64,000 bases of DNA, from positions 3,200,001 through 3,264,000 of the forward strand of contig CM000154.2 of assembly GCA_000004695.1 (NCBI GenBank), in the 5' to 3' direction. How positions within the stretch are numbered: the stretch's first letter is position 1; each line of letters starts with the position of its first letter. The notes under the pieces were generated by a model. That model saw only the letters and a list, made by a program, of their open reading frames with translations, did not search any database and was not told where the DNA came from. This DNA comes from Dictyostelium discoideum (lineage: Eukaryota). The position numbers and the translations under genes were made by a program. Below are positions 1 to 12,360 of this stretch, piece after piece.

Positions 1-2459
1 TAGAGCATGTTGATAATGTTAGAAAGTTTTTCAGATGTATTGGTTTAATGTTTTCAACAACGATTCCAACAGTTACATTACCACAGAATCGTATCTATAG
101 AATCCAAGATATCACCAGAAATACCCATGAATTCACCGAGGGATGTGGTGAAATTGGTCCAGAACTTGCTAAACATTTAAATGAAAATTATAATTTCAGA
201 CCATCAACATGTGCATATCAAGTTAGAATAGGTGGAAATAAAGGTGTGTTGGTGGTAAACAATCAAGCACCCGATCCATCTGGTATTTATATTAGACCAA
301 GTATGGTGAAATTCAATCCAATCGATTGTGGTGATGAACATAGAACATTAGAGATTTGCAGTGTTTCGACAACTTCAAGATGTAAATTAAATAGACAAGT
401 CATCAGTTTACTCTCAACATTGGGTACACAAGATAATGTTTTCTTTGCATTACAAGATCATTATCTAAATCAAGTGGCTCAAATCGTAAATGATACCAAT
501 GCTTCCAAACAAGCAATCGTTGAATTCTTTCCAGATATTACAGAGGGTGAACTTTATCAAGATCCTTACATTCGTAGAATTTTAATTAGTCTTTATAAAT
601 TAAAAATGGAGAGAATTCAACAAAAATGTCATATAGAGATTAAAGATAGTAGAATGTTGTTGGGTGTTTGTGATCCAACAAATTCATTACCACCAAATAC
701 TGTATTTGTTCAATTGGAAGAGGAAGATGAAGATGATGATGATGATGGTCGTAAATATGAAAAAGTAATCGAAGGATTGGTAATGGTAATTAAAAATCCT
801 TGTACTCATCCTGGTGATGTAAGATATCTAAAGGCTGTTGATAATATAAGATTAAGACATTTAAGAAATGTATTGGTTTTCTCAACAAAAGGTGACGTAC
901 CAAACTTTAAAGAAATTTCAGGTTCAGATTTAGATGGTGATCGTTATTTCTTTTGTTACGATAAATCATTGATTGGTAATCGTTCAGAATCAGAGACAGC
1001 CTATTTAGTTGTCGAGACCGTTTCAAACAATGATAAAAAGGCCAATGTTTTCAATGATCCATTTGCTTTATCCTCAATGTACTCTACAAATGCTGAACGT
1101 CAAGAACTTGGTAAATTGTATCATTCACATTTGGCAATCTCTGATCAATACGGTGCAAATCACAAATATTCAATTCAAATCTCTAAAGAATGTTTTAAAG
1201 AAATTGATTATCCAAAAACTGGTATTCATGGCACTATTCCAAAAGAAGTAAACATTCGGTTACAAACTGTAGGTTATCCACATTATATGCAAAGAGAGAA
1301 TTCAACCAGAGTCTATTATCAATCGAAAAAAATTATGGGTAAAATGTATGATCAAATTGATCAGTTGGTTTATATTGGTGATTTCTTACCAAATATTAGT
1401 CTTGATAAAAGTAATTTGGTTGATGGCTATGAAATCTATTTAAATAGTGCTAAAATCTTATATAGTCAGTATAAACTTCAAGTTCATTCATTGTTAAGAC
1501 ATTATTCAGCAGAATCTGAAGAATCTATAATGATTGGTTTCCTTGATCAAGGTTTCATTAGTGATAAAGTTTCAAAAGATATCAAAGGTGAAATGAAAAA
1601 TGATTACATTAAAATTCAACAAACTTTTGAAAATGAGTTTTTAAAGGAATTTGGTGAACAACACAAAGAGAATTGTTTATTGATTCATAGAGTAAACATT
1701 GAAAAGAAGGTTTCAGCTTGGTACCATGTTGCATATAGTGATTTGAAAGATGATAGAGCATTAGGTTTCTATTGGATTGCTCGTTCGTTCAAACAGATGA
1801 CATTGGATCAAGAAAGTCAAAAGAAAAAAAATATTTTGGTTAATAGCATCTTGGATCATATGAACAAAAAAAAAGATACTTTATTCCCATTATACGAAAG
1901 TCGTTTATTGATTGTCAAAGAATTAACATCATTTTTAAATACGTTAAATGATACAGTATTTAAAGAATCAACATTGGAAATTATTGGTTCAACCGCTACA
2001 ATGTTATTTGATGAAAATTCAAATTTAAATTTATACTTAAAACTAGAGAATCAAAATGATCATATGAATTTAGCTGAAAAGAACGAAATTTTAAATCAAT
2101 TAAAAGATGAAATTAAAACATCCTCTTTTATATCAGCTGAAGCTTGTTCAATTATCAAGATCCAAGGTGACATTCCATTATTTAAATTCAAAATAGATAA
2201 AATTCAATGTTTAATTGGGCTTGAAACTAGTAAATGGTATGAAACATTGGTACAACAACAATACATTACTAAAAATCCTTCAATTTTATCAATATTGTTT
2301 TCAATCATTGATTGGAGTATTAATTCATTGTTTGTTGATAGTGAAACTGGTGAAATTATAAATAATTCAAAGGTTTATTCATCTTTAAACCTTCAAAAAG
2401 TTATAGTTGAGAATTCAATGATACCAAGTATATTCAATAATAAAAATCATAACAATAAC

Positions 2460-2555
<96 letters not shown>

Positions 2556-3356
2556 CATAGTGTAAAGAATCTTACAAAATCAAATTTGTTCTCTTTGTTA
2601 ATTGATTTTTGTATTATCAACAAGTATATAGATAAATGTAATCCAAATGAACTTACAAATACTACATCCAATTTAACAATTGGAAATTGGGTGAAATTGA
2701 TAGAAATAGCTTCAAGATACTTTTCAGTGGATAATAATAACAATAATAACAATAAAGGTCATAAAAGAAAGAAAAACAAAAATTTGGATGAATATAATAC
2801 AAATAATTTAGGTGATACAATCTTATCATTTTTTAGATTCTATTCAGATAGTTTTGGACGTTCAATCTATGGAAATGAACCATTCATTATTAAATTGTTT
2901 TCTAAAGATGCCAATGATATTGAAAATCAAATACTCAATCCTTCAACTGAATCACATAAAACTGCTTTATTATTTTATCAAGAATCATTTAGACATGCAT
3001 TTCATTCTCTTAGTACTTTTGTTAGCGTTGAAGAGTTCTTATCAAATTGTTTAAAAACTACAAAAAAAATAATGCCAATTAAAAAAAATCAAATTAATCT
3101 TTTACAAGAGAGAAGTGTAAATGAAGAAATAGTTAAAAATGTTCAATTATGTGGTTGTAGTATTAAAATTGATACAAATGTTAAAAATCCTTATATTTTA
3201 ATCGATGGAAAACCACAACAAATAAGATTGGCTCAAAATGCAATTAGAGATCTCTTGTCTATAAAAACTGAAAACTATAATTTGGCCATCACAAAAAGAA
3301 ATAATAAAAGAAAGAATTTTACATTGGGTGATTTTGCTAAAAATAAAATAAAATAA
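1..3356 (+). CDS. Cellular RNA-dependent RNA polymerase (RNAi-type RdRP), C-terminal ~1100 aa. The frame is open to the window start, so the true 5' end lies upstream. Contains a 37-residue poly-Asn insertion.
   Basis: Frame of ORF 48..3356 has no stop back to nt 3. The ISGSDLDGDRYFFCYD catalytic motif (DxDGD signature of eukaryotic RdRPs) is present, with surrounding conserved blocks (NPCTHPGDVR, LVFSTKG). Confidence 0.8.
2455..2553 (+). repeat. (AAT)n microsatellite encoding poly-Asn inside the RdRP CDS
   Basis: Uninterrupted aat triplets visible in the sequence; in frame with the CDS. Confidence 0.9.
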
Positions 3357-3631
3357 ATAAAATCTTTTTAGAAAGAGTTCCTTTTAGTTTCCATCTATAT
3401 TTTTATTTTAAAAGTAATTTATTTAATTATTTATATTAAAATTAAAAAAAAATTGACCAAATTTAATAATATATAAAAATAAAAAATAATTATAAAAAAT
3501 AAGTACAAAATTTATTATATTATATTTTAAACACAAATCCACTCAAAATAATCATTTTAATATATATTCAATAATTGTTTTTGGTGGGAAGGTAATTTTT
3601 TTTTTTTTTAGATCAAAAATAATAAATTAAC

Positions 3632-4266
3632 CTAAATAATTAAAATTGTCGAGAATAAAATTATAGATAAAATAAAATTTATATTGGTCTTTATGGATTC
3701 ATTTTTGATTTCATTGTTAATTAAACTATTACCACCAATTTTACCATTAATTGTAATGTTAACAAATTGTTGTTGTTGTTCAGTTTGATTAATATTAAAA
3801 TTTGAAGGTTCTACAAAACATGAAATCGATGTTGAATTTATAAATGTAGAGTTTAAACATTTACTTTTACCAACTGTAATTAAATCAATTTCATTATAAA
3901 ATTCATTACCAAAAATTGTAAAAATTCCACCAATTGATGAATTCGAAATCGTTGAATTTAAAACTAATGGGGGATAATATGATATTGAAATGTTATACTT
4001 TTCATCTTTACCATTAAATTTGATTTTACAAAGTTGATCAAATGAACCTTCTAATTTAATATCACATGCAATAGTTAGTTTATAAATGAGCAATTGTAAA
4101 CTTGTTTATTTGAAAAGCAATATACAGATGTATTGTAAATTGTATTTTCATTAAAATTTTCACTGATAATCAATAATTCACCACCAGTGGAGTTGAAAAC
4201 AGTGGATTGATTTACAAAATTAATCAATGGTCTAATATCAACATTGTAGTTTACCAAATTTATCAA
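3632..4266 (-). CDS. 3' part of a gene for an N-glycosylation-sequon-rich secreted or membrane glycoprotein with a hydrophobic C-terminal tail (GPI or TM). Two ORFs in different frames overlap at 4075-4093, implying a frameshift or sequencing error.
   Basis: ORFs 3632..4093 and 4075..4266 are both dense in NxS/T sequons and Cys, and end in [14 protein letters not shown] stop lies immediately upstream of 4266 with a possible acceptor (atattag), so further exons probably lie upstream. Confidence 0.3.
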
Positions 4267-4527
4267 ATTCAGTTAGAGGGACAATTGATACTAGATTATT
4301 AAAATCAAATAATCCAACCGGTTTTAATCAAATTAATCAAAAAAGATATTGAAAATAAAATGAAATTAAGATCTAAAATCCAAAATCAAATATCAATTGA
4401 TTATTCAATTTGGTCACCACCCAACCAATACCAATTTTAATGTCAAATAATAATAATAATTTAAATTTTAAAAAATTATTCAATAGATATTGAAATAAAA
4501 AAAAAACAAAAAAACTATTTTATTAAA

Positions 4528-5682
4528 CTACCCAACTACACCTACGTCAACACCTGAATAACTAATTATTATTCTTGTGCAACTTGATAAACTTTCATTT
4601 ATTTTACTGCCATATAGATTTCTAAAAAATCTATAAAGAACCAAAGGAGTGAGGAATAGGAAATTGACTTTGAAAAGTATTGGAGCTAATGAGAGTGAGG
4701 AAACAATGAACCAAGATCTATCTAAATGAGGATTAACTAAAAAACTTGGAAATGGAATTTTGTTTAAAATTTTCTTTACCTTTTCATCATAAGTTTGTTT
4801 GAAATGATGTTGATTTGCAATTGATAAAATACCACTAGATATACTTACAGCTTGAGTGTATGCCAATCTATATATTTTGTTATTTGATATTGGTTTTCTA
4901 AATCTTGATGTTAGCACCATAAAAAAATATCCAAATAAATATCCACCTGCAAATTCAAGTAAAAGTTTCTCTCTTACACGCTCTTTTTCAATGTAATCAC
5001 TACTCTTATAAAGAGCAGAAATGAATCTACTAATGATGACTATATCAGATTTTTTTGTACAATATTTTGAATATTCTGCTGTACCACGATCTGATGGTCC
5101 ATTTAAATAGTTTAATTGTTGAGGTAATTCAATTGGTGGTAAATTATTAGCTTGTCTATATTTAATTGTAAGTTTAATGATTAATTTATAGAATGCAGCT
5201 GGATCAATACTATAGTTTGTAACTGCATAGTATTTAAATGGATTTGATATATTATTTGATTTTCTGCCTACTCTTTCAACACGTTTATACCATGATGGAT
5301 ATTGATTCGGATCGGTTGAAGGGGAATCAATACTACCACATTGATTATGTTTCATTAAATAGTCTATACAATATTGGTATATACCACTTTCAATTAATTT
5401 TGAACTTACAATTGCATGTTCACCAAATGTTTTGAATATAAAATGATATGCATCCTTATCACTAAGTTGATAAATGATTTTCTTTGAAATTAAATTATAA
5501 TCTTCTTTTGTTAAACGACAATATACTGAATTATATAATACTGGTACTTCATCAATTAACTGAGCTGGACATTTATAATTAAAATCATAACTTGTGAGTT
5601 CATAAAAAAAAAGTGCTATTGACATAAAATAAATAATTCTTAAAGTTTTAGAATCTTTTTTAATAAATTCTTCTTCTTTTTT

Positions 5683-5753
<71 letters not shown>

Positions 5754-6144
5754 CTTTATTATCATTATTATTATAATTATTATTTTTATTATTATTATCA
5801 TCATTATTATTTTTATTATTATTATTAAGACTTTCTAAATCTTGTTTAGTTTCAAATGGTGTTTTAAAAATAAAAGGATTTTTTAAAATTTGTTGTTCAT
5901 TATTAATATTTAATTTTGAATCTTCTTTTTCATTAAATTTTTTAAAACCAGATTCCATTGATAACGAATCACTATTGTTATTTTCGTTTTTTTTTTCTTT
6001 TTCTTTTTCTTTATTTAAATCTTTAGTAGGTTTGAAACCAAATGATCTATAATATAAACCACTATTTTTTGATATTAATTTATTGTTGAAAAATCTACTA
6101 AGATTTTTTATTTTTGAAATCTGCATTTTTTTAATTATCACCAA
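4528..6144 (-). CDS. Hypothetical 538-aa protein with predicted TM segments and an internal poly-Asn; paralog of the adjacent gene
   Basis: Long ORF that shares blocks with ORF 6289..7908: [38 protein letters not shown]. Confidence 0.6.
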
Positions 6145-6288
6145 AAGGGTGTATGTGTGTTGTTGTTGAAATGAAAAAAAAACTAAAAAAAAAATATGAA
6201 AAAAAAAAAAAAATAAAAAAAAAATGCATTATTTTTTTATTTTTTTATTTTTTATTTTATTAAATAATAGTTTATTATTTTTATTTTT

Positions 6289-7908
6289 TTATTTATAATA
6301 TGAATTATCTATCAATTGATTTTTTAAAGGTATGATAGTAGTTGAAATAAAATAAGGAATAATAAAATACAATCTTGATGGAATAAATAATAATGGAACC
6401 ACGGAAATTGAAAATCTGTACCAAGCATTAAAATGTTTATCAAAATCTTTTGGTTCAAATATTGAAAAATATTTAATATAGAGTTCTTTGGCATCGAGAT
6501 TAAAGATTTGTTTATTGGTTTTATCATTTAAAATTGTAAGTAATACTGTGATTATTAAGGTGCTATTTACATTAAGCTTTCTATTACCACGAAATACTGG
6601 CATCCAATTGGTTAATTTATTTCTTCTAACTCTAAATGACATATATGCTAAAGTTACCAATGAAGTAATTAATACATTTTCAATTAATCTCTTTTTTTGA
6701 CTCTCTCTAATTTCTTTTGTAGATTTTAAAGTTTGAATTACATTATGATATGGTTTTTCTTCAGATTTTACTGCACTATTAATTTGATTTTGATTTAGTG
6801 TGGTGGTGGTAGTTGTAATAGTAGTAGTTGTCATTGTTCTAGTAGTAGTGGTAGAAGTAGTAGCAGTAGGTTCTATTTGACTAATAGAATCATCACTATT
6901 AATAAATTCTTTTATTTGATCAGGAATTTCAATTGGTGGTAAACCATACTTTTTATTATAACCTTGAGTAATCATAATGATTGCTTTATAAAATTTTAAA
7001 ACTAAAATACCATTATAATAGGTTGGATTTGATTTAACTAATGCAGGACTCAAAGAATTTATTGGTAAATCTATATCTGGATAATTATTGATATGTTTCA
7101 TTATATAGTCTAAACAATATTGATAGATTCCACTCTCAATTAGGGATACACGTGAAAATGAACTAAAATAAAAACAACGGACAATGAATTTCTCTACTAT
7201 TGAATCATTTGTTTGATATGCTAATTTCTTTGAAAAAATTTCATAATCTTCTTTTGTTAAACAATTAAAAAACACTGTTGATATTAAAGTTGAATTTGAT
7301 CTTAAATTAGAGAATGGACCAAAATTTGTAACTATTAAATAAAGTGAAATCAAAAATATACCAAACAACCTTAAAAATATTCTACCTGCTGCTCCCCAAA
7401 GGGTTTCTGGTGGTGGTAATTCTTTTTCTTGTTTCTCTTTTTCTTGTTTTTCTTTCTCTTCTTTTTCTTTTTCTTTTTCTTTTTGTCTTTCTTCTTCAGT
7501 TTGTTCTTTTAATTCTGATGGTAATTTTAATATTAATGGGTTTTCATTTAAATTTGTTGGCACTTGAGTATTTTCTAATTTTATTTTTTTTATTTTATTA
7601 TTATTATCATTATTAACTGATTCAAATTGATTTAATGTTGAAAAATTTCTATTTTTAAAAAATAATGATTGTGATTGTGATTGTGATTGTGATTGTGATT
7701 GTGATTGTGATTGTGATTGTGATTGTGATTGTAAATTATTATTTGTTAATAAATTTATTTTATTTTTTAAATTAAAAGAACCATATGGTTGTTTTAATTC
7801 TATTAATTTTTTATTAAATAATAGATTATAATTTATCGATTTTAATTTATTAATATTATTTGAACTAAAATTATAAATCTTCATTTTTTTATTTATTGTT
7901 GGTGCCAC
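6289..7908 (-). CDS. Hypothetical 539-aa protein, tandem paralog of 4528..6144. Carries a (QS)10 repeat and a KE-rich tract.
   Basis: Same conserved blocks ([25 protein letters not shown]) and same orientation, 145 bp downstream of the paralog's start. Confidence 0.6.
7668..7732. repeat. (TGATTG)n hexanucleotide repeat, about 11 units, encoding (QS)n on the minus strand
   Basis: Direct reading of gattgtgattgtgattg... Confidence 0.9.
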
Positions 7909-8140
7909 TGAGAGTTCACAAATTTTTCAAATTGTGAAATGAAAATTAAAAAAAAACAAAAAAAAAAAATTTTAATTTAAAAAAAAAGAAAATTTTAAAA
8001 AAAATTTAATATCTGGTAATTGAGAAAAATAAAAAAATAAAAAAAATTAGGTATCCTTCTTTATTTAATTAATTTTTTAATTTTTGAAAGAGGTTGTAAA
8101 ATCCTATTTTGACCAGTTTTGAATACTCTATTTTACCCTC

Positions 8141-8155
8141 CAAGAATCGAACATG
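8141..8155 (-). promoter_or_regulatory. External B box (extra TFIIIC B-box copy), about 32 bp downstream of the tRNA-Val 3' end
   Basis: Minus-strand CATGTTCGATTCTTG matches the B-box consensus GGTTCGANTCC. Dictyostelium tRNA genes typically carry such an ex-B box 20-40 bp downstream. Confidence 0.45.
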
Positions 8156-8186
8156 CGTTCTATTTGAAAAAAATAGAGAAAATTAG

Positions 8187-8260
8187 TATTCAGAGCGGGA
8201 ATCGAACCCACGACCTAATCCGTGTTAAGGATTCGTGATAACCGACTACACCATCCGAAC
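8187..8260 (-). tRNA. tRNA-Val (anticodon AAC)
   Basis: Reverse complement folds as a cloverleaf: acceptor GTTCGGA/TCTGAAT (two G-U pairs), D-arm GTGT..CACG, anticodon stem AATCC/GGATT with loop TTAACAC, T-arm GTGGG-TTCGATT-CCCGC, discriminator A. Close to metazoan tRNA-Val-AAC. Confidence 0.85.
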
Positions 8261-8494
8261 CAATCGATATTTTTTAAAAAATTTTATTCGATTAAAATTC
8301 AAAACTTAAATAGGTGCTTTTTAAATAATTTTAAATTGTATTTTATAAAAATGAATTATAATAATTATCTCATACTTTTTTAATTTTTTATCTATTATCT
8401 ATTCTTTTTTTAAAAAATGATAAATTTTTTTTTTTTTCTTTTTTTTTTTTTGTGATAATTTGTTTGAACATTAAATAATTAATTAAATTAAAAT

Positions 8495-10036
8495 TTATTT
8501 TCTTTGTTTTAATAAAGAGGCTTCACTTGCCCAAAGTTGTAATAATTTTGATTCAATTTCACGAGCTTGAGTGACAGAAGGTGGATCTAATGGATTTGGA
8601 TATCTAAGATCTAAATGATGAGCACCACCTTCAATGGTAAGAGCAACGATTGAATCTGAACGAGTTTCTAAAATACCACCAGATCTCCAAACATCGAGTA
8701 CACCATTTGAAAAGATGATATTAGTGGCAGAGAAATTACTACCACCATAATAGGTAGTAATCCAATATGGATCTGGGGTAGTTTGAAATTGTTGTTGGCA
8801 TTGTTGAGTTAAATCAGATAAAGAGAATGGTGAAGGTGGGAAGAAATCATTTACACCATCTGAACTTACAGGCATAACCATTTCAGTACATGCTTGATAA
8901 TTCCAACTTGCATCACCCAATGCACCAGTGGTAAATACAGACATGTTATAGCAAGTACCAGCTTGACCAGTGTAGTTATAGTAAACATGTAACACCTCCA
9001 AGAGTCCTTGAATATCGTCTTCTTGTTGAGCCAAAGCACTACAAGATACATTGATTGGGTAACCTGGCATTGGTTCTAAAAAGTTTGCTGGATATGGGTA
9101 GTCTGCCATGGCCATATAAGTTAAAGCAGACTCAATCCAATTGATTAAATCATTAACATCGGTCAATGGTGCACCACAAACTGAGAAAGTTTTACTCAAT
9201 TGTGCTAAACCATTGGATTGTGTTGAAATGGTGACGATATCATTCAAAGCCGATCTGATACGAGATGCACATGTGCCTTCAGAGCTTGTGTCTTTAAAAT
9301 CATCAGTGGCAATCTTATTGAATGTCTCTGGATTTACACCAGTATTTAAAAAACTAAGAATTGGTGCACTTGCTGCCAATGCACCATCGACAATGTTTGG
9401 ATATTTCATTCTAAACCATGCAGTTAGCATACCACCATATGAGCCACCCACTGAAAGTACTGGACAATGCTCTGCACCCATCTCTGACAAAACAGCTGGT
9501 ATCAATTGTGCATAGTCTGCCAATGCTTGCTCACTTGTTAAATATCCAATATTATCAGATGTCCATGAGTCATTACCAAATGGTAATGATTCACCATAGT
9601 AACGATGTTCAGCAAAAATTAATAATGCATTCATTTCTTGTGCTAATACATTGGTTACAAATTGTGAATTATCATAGAACAATGTTATATCACCTTCATT
9701 ACCTGTATAGAAAAGTATTGGTCCTTGACATACTTTATCATTTGGTGATGGTTTTTTCCAATAAACATCTGATACTAAATATCTTTGTGCAAATTCACCT
9801 TTTGATTGAAAATTAAAATGATCTAATGTTTGTAAAAAAAAAAGTTCTTGATATGGTGGTGGTGGTGGTGGTGGATCATTAGAAACAAAGTGTTGTTCTT
9901 GTTCTTGTTGTTTTCTATCTACATGTTTTTTACTATAATATGGAAATGGTGATCTATATCTTTGATATAATTGTTCTTTACAATTAATAATTGATATTAA
10001 TGATAAAATTATTAATAATTTAAAAACCACCATCAT
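8495..10036 (-). CDS. Serine carboxypeptidase of the S28 family (lysosomal Pro-X carboxypeptidase / PRCP-like); secreted, single exon
   Basis: N-terminal signal peptide MMVVFKLLIILSLISIINC. S28 hallmarks: FYTGNEGDI, ALLIFAEHRYYGESLPF, catalytic GGSYGGMLTAWFRMKYP, and a C-terminal HH..DLR block. Confidence 0.85.
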   Translation of the reverse strand: MMVVFKLLIILSLISIINCKEQLYQRYRSPFPYYSKKHVDRKQQEQEQHFVSNDPPPPPPPYQELFFLQTLDHFNFQSKGEFAQRYLVSDVYWKKPSPNDKVCQGPILFYTGNEGDITLFYDNSQFVTNVLAQEMNALLIFAEHRYYGESLPFGNDSWTSDNIGYLTSEQALADYAQLIPAVLSEMGAEHCPVLSVGGSYGGMLTAWFRMKYPNIVDGALAASAPILSFLNTGVNPETFNKIATDDFKDTSSEGTCASRIRSALNDIVTISTQSNGLAQLSKTFSVCGAPLTDVNDLINWIESALTYMAMADYPYPANFLEPMPGYPINVSCSALAQQEDDIQGLLEVLHVYYNYTGQAGTCYNMSVFTTGALGDASWNYQACTEMVMPVSSDGVNDFFPPSPFSLSDLTQQCQQQFQTTPDPYWITTYYGGSNFSATNIIFSNGVLDVWRSGGILETRSDSIVALTIEGGAHHLDLRYPNPLDPPSVTQAREIESKLLQLWASEASLLKQRK

Positions 10037-10700
10037 CTTTTTTTTGTTTAAAATAAAATTAAAAATAAAAATAAAAATAAAAAAAGTGAAATGGTAGTGT
10101 TTAAAATGTCAAAATGAAAAAAATAAAAATAAAAATAAAAAAAAAAGTGAAAAAATCAATTTTTTTTTTTTTTTTTTTTTTTCTATCAACTATTCTGATT
10201 AACTATTTTATTTATTTTATTTTTTTTTTTTAATTTTTTTTTTTTTTAATTTTTCATTTCCTATTTTTTTAATTTTGTTTTGATATTAGTATTTTAATAT
10301 AATTAATAAAAATAATATTTTATAAGAAATTTTATTACCTTTTTTCAATATTTATTTACAATCCTTTAAGTTTCTTTCTTTTTAAACCAATAAAAATACC
10401 AACATCATTGTTGTTATTACTAATAGAAAAATATTTAATAAGCAATTGCAAGCAATAAAAAACATTTTTTCTTTTTTTTTACCAAATTATAACAAGTTCT
10501 TATTTCCTAAAAATTCTTTTTCCCAAAATAAAAAAAAAAAAAAAAAAAAGAAATATAAATATATACAAAATAATAAATAATTAAAATAAAAAAAAAAAAC
10601 TAAAATAACATTTTAATAATTTCCTTTGGTGGAGAACAGATTTTTTTTTAAAATAATATTTTCATTAGCTGAAACACTTAAAGCTGTTTAGTAAATTAAA

Positions 10701-10748
<48 letters not shown>

Positions 10749-10996
10749 AAAATAAAAAATTACAAAAATAAAACAATACCCAAATTGGTTAAAAAAAAAA
10801 AAAAAAAGTTCAAATATTATTCATAAAAATAAATATTTAAAATACTATTAGAGAAATGTAATGTAATAATGAAATTGGTGACGAAAAAAAAAAAAACTGG
10901 TTGTAAATTTAGATATTCTTGGTGGTTTCCCAATTTTTAAAAGTTTTTTTTTTTTTTTTTTTTTTTATTTTTTTTATTTTTTTTAAGTTTAAGATT

Positions 10997-11023
<27 letters not shown>

Positions 11024-11028
<5 letters not shown>

Positions 11029-12298
11029 TTCCAGTAATAATAAAACCTTTACTCTTCTCTCAAATAGAGATATAGAAATTTGTATTGATGAAAATAATAA
11101 TGAGTTTATTGAATGTAAGTTTTATTGATATAATAAATTTTTTTTTTTTTAAAATGAATGATATATCTTCAGATTATTCTAATTACAAAATATAGATGAA
11201 TATATAAAGTTTTACATCTCAATAGATAGTGATTCATTCAAATTAGATGATAATGATTGTATAGCATTAAAAGACATTAGTGATATTTCAACAAAATTAA
11301 AAAATCAATTACCTTCAAATGTAATGCTATTGGATGGATTTAATCAAAAATTAACACCAGGTTTACTACCAGATGGTATTGAATCATTATATTTAGGTGA
11401 TATTAAATATGAATTAATGATTGGTTCAATTCCTAATACTGTAACGAGTGTCTATTTATTAGATGGATTCAATCATAAATTAGTGCCAGGTATATTACCA
11501 AAAAGTGTTTATTCTTTATATTTAGGTGATATAAACCGAAAATTAAAAATTGGTTCAATTCCTAACACTGTAACGTGTGTTCATTTATTGGATGGATTTA
11601 ATCAAATATTAACACCAGGTATAATACCAGATGGTGTCAAATGGTTGTATTTACATGATATAGAACAGGAGTTGATAATTGGTTCAATTTCAAGCACTGT
11701 AAAGAATATATGTTTAGAGGATGGATTTAATCAAAAATTAACACCAGGTATATTACCAGATGGTATTGAATGGTTGTATCTACATGATATAGAACAAGAA
11801 TTAATAATTGGTTCAATTCCTAATACTGTAAAGAATGTATATTTAGAAAATGGATTCAATCAAAAATTAATACCAGGTATATTACCAAATAGTGTTGAAT
11901 GGTTGTTTTTAGGTGAAATTCAAAAAGAATTAATGATTGGTTCAATTCCTAATACTGTAATCCATGTCACTTTATTTGATGTATTTAATCAAAAACTAAC
12001 ACCAGGTATATTACCAGATAGTGTTAAATGGTTGGGTTTATATGATATAGAACAAGAATTAATGGTTGGATCAATTCCTAATACTGTAGAGGGTATCTAT
12101 TTATTTGATGGATTCAATCAAAAATTAACACCAGGTATATTACCAGAAGGCGTTGAATGTTTGTTTTTATATGATATTAAACAAGAATTAATGATCGGTT
12201 CAATTCCTAATACTGTAAAGAAAGTATTTATTTATAAAAGTTTTAAACAACAAATTGAACCTTATGTTTCTGATATTGTTAAAATAACTAAATATTAG
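11024..12298 (+). CDS. FNIP-repeat protein, short 5' form. Exons 11024..11114 and 11196..12298; exon 1 corresponds only to the tail of the B-box-family exon 1.
   Basis: Exon 1 MISSNNKTFTLLSNRDIEICIDENNNEFIEC, then GTAAGT donor and atatag acceptor, in-frame junction (phase 1) into about 14 FNIP repeats (GFNQKLTPGILPD..GSIPNTV). Confidence 0.55.

Positions 12299-12356
<58 letters not shown>
12299..12356. repeat. poly(A) tract of about 58 nt
   Basis: Direct reading. Confidence 0.9.

Positions 12357-12360
<4 letters not shown>

Noticed and set aside
1009-1251. Internal +-strand ORF inside the RdRP gene; also 2812..3054, 5238..5435, 6488..6700, 7344..7616, 9141..9816
   Set aside because: Alternative-frame ORFs nested in strongly supported CDSs, with no conservation or start context.
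2447-2752. Minus-strand ORF encoding poly-Leu (and similar antisense ORFs at 32335..32604, 34699..34893, 52012..52353, 26485..26983, 46209..46682)
   Set aside because: These are antisense or alternative-frame readings of (AAT)n, (CAA)n or other low-complexity coding repeats on the opposite strand. They overlap well-supported genes and have no independent support.
8100-8160. Second tRNA-like fragment (aagaatcgaacatg) next to tRNA-Val; likewise 45694..45706
   Set aside because: Too short for a tRNA, with no acceptor or anticodon arms. Better explained as the external B-box element that commonly follows Dictyostelium tRNA genes.
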